Shown: in pieces, positions 60,274 through 64,000 of the stretch
Layout of the letters: each line of letters starts with the position of its first letter
Numbering within the stretch: position 1 is the first letter of the stretch
Source: Cyanobacteria bacterium P01_F01_bin.150
Lineage (GTDB): Bacteria; Cyanobacteriota; Cyanobacteriia; CAKZMO01
Length of the DNA: 64,000 nt
Assembly (NCBI GenBank): GCA_039189765.1
Contig: JBCCYL010000026.1
Coordinates: 2,787 to 66,786, forward strand
Direction of reading: 5' to 3'
Made by a program: the position numbers and the translations under genes
Notes under the pieces: model-generated
The model's input: the letters and a program-made list of their open reading frames with translations, nothing else
The model's database searches: none
Told to the model about the DNA's origin: nothing

Positions 60274-61638
60274 TCAATCATCAAAAGAAAAGGGAGCAAG
60301 AGCGATCGGGTGTCCAGAGCCATTATCAATGACTACCCAAAAGCATTCTTGGCGATCGCCCACCACCTGGGCATATAAATAGCCATCGGAGCTTGTCGCC
60401 GATAGTTGACGATCGGCTAAGCATTGAGATTGATCGTACACGGTCAATCTCATTCCCATTGGAGCAGGCGTTCCTGGAGTAGTGCCTAAAATAAGCAATA
60501 GGACCCATTCATTTTTATCTAATGGCCAGATGATGGCATATAGACGCAGGGTCAGTTCGTTTTGAACGATATCTTTGTAAGCACCTTGTGCGTGAGGGGA
60601 GATAGCAATTCCATCCGCATTGAGAGATGCAACAACAGTTTCAAAGTTATCGACGAGAGACGCTGATCGCAAACCTCTAAACCCCAGGGATAAAGACGGC
60701 ATTAATACCCATTCCAGATCTTGGGCAATCTGCCCTAGTTGATTTTGCAACCATTGCCCAGCATTAACGATTGATGGAGCCAGGGGCTGTGCAGCTATTG
60801 ATTCAATGTTTTGAGCACTGGACTGATACTTATCTTCAAACACGGGCCGTAGGGGCAATGGCTCTCGCCCCATCTGTAGCTGATAGAGCCAGTTTTGCTG
60901 CTCCACACATTGCAAAATAATGGCCGCCTCTTGCCAGGATAATACGTCTTCCAAGGGAAACTCAGGGTCCCGTAGCCGAGGCCAGAGTTGGTTCAGCCTT
61001 TGGGATAGGATGGCGATCGCATTAGTTTCTACACCTACGGCTTGGGGCAGCGGCACACTATTGGGGTCTAATCGTTCCAGAATCAGCAACAACGAATCAA
61101 CATCCGTTGTAAATGTTGCTTTAGCAATGTCGTAGGTCCATGATGTGGGGTTACGCTCAATAATCTGAGACATTAACTGAGAATGGGTGCCGTATCCTAC
61201 CACTTGCACCTGCTGGTGCTCCTCAAGAACATCTACAAGAATATAAATCTGAGCCGCATAGTCTGACAGGTCCAGTACAGCACGGGGAATGGAAAGAATC
61301 GGATCGTCCAAGCATCCAAGCGCTAGTAAACACACCTTCATATTGTTGACCGATAGCTGGCAAACTGACTCAACAAGAGAAGCGATCGCAGGCTGATAGA
61401 GTGAGCAAGTCTCAGCATGGAGGGGAAAACGGGGCGATCGCGATCGCAACCATTGCTTAAATCCTGACAATGCCAGGGCATGGCGATAAATTTGCCATTG
61501 GCGGTCCGGTTTTGAGATTGCTTGGGATACTTGAACCGCATTTTCAATATCTGCGTTGCTGAGAGTAACGGTATCAAGCGGGAGGACAGTCCAATCCTGG
61601 CGGTCACTGGGGCCAGGATTACTAGGTGAAAACATCAT
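60274..61638 (-). CDS. Hypothetical protein (possibly DUF1822-like, cyanobacteria-restricted)
   Basis: Long ORF; the family assignment is from memory of general composition only, with no motif support. Confidence 0.35.
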   Translation of the reverse strand: MMFSPSNPGPSDRQDWTVLPLDTVTLSNADIENAVQVSQAISKPDRQWQIYRHALALSGFKQWLRSRSPRFPLHAETCSLYQPAIASLVESVCQLSVNNMKVCLLALGCLDDPILSIPRAVLDLSDYAAQIYILVDVLEEHQQVQVVGYGTHSQLMSQIIERNPTSWTYDIAKATFTTDVDSLLLILERLDPNSVPLPQAVGVETNAIAILSQRLNQLWPRLRDPEFPLEDVLSWQEAAIILQCVEQQNWLYQLQMGREPLPLRPVFEDKYQSSAQNIESIAAQPLAPSIVNAGQWLQNQLGQIAQDLEWVLMPSLSLGFRGLRSASLVDNFETVVASLNADGIAISPHAQGAYKDIVQNELTLRLYAIIWPLDKNEWVLLLILGTTPGTPAPMGMRLTVYDQSQCLADRQLSATSSDGYLYAQVVGDRQECFWVVIDNGSGHPIALAPFSFDD

Positions 61639-61736
61639 AGGTTTAGCCCGAAGAAACGGGGTCGAAAAAAGGTTGTAGAAACGGAAGGACTAACAGAAGA
61701 CGCAATCAGAATAAGAAAAACAGGCAGAGCATTACA

Positions 61737-63149
61737 TTAAGCCGTACTTATAGACTTCAGGTAATCGCATAGGCGACGGGCAAATAAACTTTTTAGGGGA
61801 TGGTGGCGGGTTCCACTAGTTTCGTCCACGGCTTCTTGGATAACAGCATTTACCTGCTCTTCCAAGGCTGAATCCATCTGCTGTAGTTGAGCAATATCTA
61901 CATAAGAAGACGCTAACTTTTCTACTGAGGCGCATAACTTTGCCAACACAGCTCGTCGTACATCAGCTCGTATCTCCTTTAGTTTGAGTAATCGAGTGAC
62001 TTGGTATTGAGCCTTTAACTTTAGCGGTTTGGCAATCTCGCCCATCGACATGCCGCAGCAGTGAAACAAGTGCAGTCCTTGGACGAACTGATCGGCGTTG
62101 CCTTTTTTGCTTTTTTGAAGCTGAGAGATGCGATCGCCCACAACTTCAGCGATGGCCTGATCTAAACAAATTTTGAGCTGGACACGATACTGGGCTAAAA
62201 AAGTATCAGCAGCATCTTCGTCCGGTGGTAGTTCTGCTGTTTTGTCCCCTACACTTACCTGCCCTTCTGGTGTATTCAACGATACGTTATCTGTCCTGCC
62301 CCCTCTGGCATAAATACGATATTGGCGTAAATAGTCAGCGAGCTGCCTCAAGGATTTCATAACATTTACGGGATTATTTAAAGTATTTGACTGGTACACC
62401 AACGACGCAGAGGCCCGCGACAATGTTTTTCGTTCCATAAACGCCACCATCCGTTGGAGTTGATCGGTGGATGGGGGAGAGCATAGGCGACCCTGGCGTT
62501 TTTTCAGTTTGAGGCGATCGCTTCGATAGACCTGATGATAAGCCGTTAACAAATAGGCATTGGTTTCTATTTCCATCTGACTTAGGGTATGAAATTCAGT
62601 CAAGATCCGCCGAAGCTGTTGCCCAGATGTATCATTCAAAATAGCCCAATCACTGACCCGATAGACCCCCTGCTCCAGCAAAAACTGATTGAGATCAGAA
62701 TGCTGTTTAACCCGCTGAGTCACCCAATGACCTAAGCCAGCGCGCTCTAGATCAATAGTATTTAGAATATCCGTTGCCAATGAGACATTGGGGGTTTGGG
62801 TGGATGATTTGCGATAAAAACGACCGTCATCACTGAGAACATAAGGAAGTAAATCGAGCTGGGTAAACCCATGATTATGGCCAAACTGGTCGGCAAGCTG
62901 GGCACAAGCCTGATCGATCTGATAGGAAATAAAACATCGTAGACATATCTCAGCAAGTAGGGACTCTGGCGCTGATTGTGTCTGCATTTGCTTCCATAAC
63001 GTCCATTGGACATCACGATTAGGCAAATCCGTCAGGCCATTGCCAAAAATCTGACCCAGAAAATCAGCGGCCTCTGTTACCTGTCGGCGTTGGCGTTGTC
63101 CTCCCATATTCAAAGTAATCATTTGGCTATAGTGTGATACAACTGCCAT
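61737..63149 (-). CDS. Hypothetical protein (470 aa), co-directional with the upstream 454-aa ORF
   Basis: ORF only. Confidence 0.35.
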   Translation of the reverse strand: MAVVSHYSQMITLNMGGQRQRRQVTEAADFLGQIFGNGLTDLPNRDVQWTLWKQMQTQSAPESLLAEICLRCFISYQIDQACAQLADQFGHNHGFTQLDLLPYVLSDDGRFYRKSSTQTPNVSLATDILNTIDLERAGLGHWVTQRVKQHSDLNQFLLEQGVYRVSDWAILNDTSGQQLRRILTEFHTLSQMEIETNAYLLTAYHQVYRSDRLKLKKRQGRLCSPPSTDQLQRMVAFMERKTLSRASASLVYQSNTLNNPVNVMKSLRQLADYLRQYRIYARGGRTDNVSLNTPEGQVSVGDKTAELPPDEDAADTFLAQYRVQLKICLDQAIAEVVGDRISQLQKSKKGNADQFVQGLHLFHCCGMSMGEIAKPLKLKAQYQVTRLLKLKEIRADVRRAVLAKLCASVEKLASSYVDIAQLQQMDSALEEQVNAVIQEAVDETSGTRHHPLKSLFARRLCDYLKSISTA

Positions 63150-63625
63150 GAAAATTCACAACTATCCTCATTGGTTCAACACAGGGATTGACTCGAAACT
63201 ACAATGCCGATTTGTTATGGCGACCTAGCACGAGGCTTTAACCCAGCCATAAGATTATCAGCATAGTTTGTGGCTTCAAATCAGTTTGCCCTTGAAAGCA
63301 AGAAACATGGAACACAAAACGCTCTGGTTTCCCATCGACTAACTGCTCGGCCCTCAAAACTTCTTAAATATGGAGGTCTGTGAGGTATGCATTCTCAAAC
63401 CAGTGAAATGTAAACTTTTTTAAATAATCCATTTAATCTGTGCTCTGCTGTCGATAACTCATTGTGTGCGTTCTTAATAACGTGTCGGCAATCCGAAGTA
63501 ATCGGAAACACCTTGCCCCTATCTAAAAACACCGCACACGCTCCCTATACAGTCCGCTATCGACTCGTCTTGGTCGGGTTGTCCATGTTGAACTGTCCTT
63601 TCACTAGCTGTCTTCTATGTGTACT

Positions 63626-64000
63626 GAAGCAAGTCGTCCCCATGACTCTGACCATCCCCTTATCCATCGCCTGTGGCAGGCGTTCCAAAATCATGACGCA
63701 CTGACAACACTGCTATCTGAACCTGAAACCCTGCGCACCATTATGAACACGGTGGAAATTCGACGCTGGCTATTTGAAGAGATTCAGCGCCAGTCCAACG
63801 GCTGCGATCCCTGTGCGACCCAGGCTAGTCAAAATCTGATTCGCATGATGGAAGCATCCAAAATGATTCGAGGTAGGGGCTATATTGCCGAGGACATATA
63901 TGCCGAAGCATATTCGCGAACATGTGAGTGGTTATTAAAAAAGCTTCCGACCTATGACCCTGAAAAAGCCAGCTTTGTCCACTGGTTCAATAAGAAATTA
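63626..64000 (+). CDS. 5' part of a gene running off the window; possible sigma-70-family region-2-like protein
   Basis: ATG at 63626 in an open frame to the window end. YDPEKASFVHWFNKK resembles sigma region 2.2 (YDP..G.FS.Y..W.I). Confidence 0.3.

Overview
This window looks like cyanobacterial chromosome: HIP1 octamers (GCGATCGC) occur throughout, and it contains a pipX-pipY(yggS)-sepF-proC cluster, a CHAT-CHASE2 protein, a type IV pilin and a tRNA gene without an encoded CCA. Most of it is ordinary core and accessory genes: gap, der, ttcA, proC, sepF, pipX, pipY, an L,D-transpeptidase, an M15 peptidase, a histidine kinase, two vWA proteins, an RTX-like calcium-binding protein, and a PabB/TrpE-like chorismate enzyme carrying low-complexity insertions. 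The strongest candidate for an undescribed system is the first ~12 kb (437-11905): (1) a 1092-aa protein whose C-terminal half carries clear Hsp70/actin-like (ASKHA) ATPase phosphate-binding motifs behind an unrecognised ~350-aa N-terminal region; (2) an AT-rich zinc-ribbon/coiled-coil protein; (3) two tandem, overlapping, paralogous signal-peptide/transmembrane proteins, the second truncated; and (4) a multiply frameshifted, N-terminally shorter paralogous remnant of the ASKHA gene. A second candidate is an operon-like pair at 55077-58281: a histone-H1-like lysine-rich putative DNA-binding protein followed by a NACHT/STAND-like P-loop NTPase that lacks repeat sensor domains. Other points worth a second look: tandem 18-bp coding repeats (SPNSxN hexapeptides) inside an acyl-CoA-dehydrogenase-like gene, a perfect 24-26-bp inverted repeat inside the 3' end of an FAD-oxidoreductase gene, a 16-bp long-range inverted repeat upstream of the L,D-transpeptidase gene, an orphan strong terminator-like hairpin, a palindromic operator-like site next to the tRNA, and several unknown-function gene pairs (DUF1611-like + partner; DUF1822-like + partner + a partial sigma-like ORF). 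All calls rest on motifs read from the supplied translations and sequence; no database searches were run.
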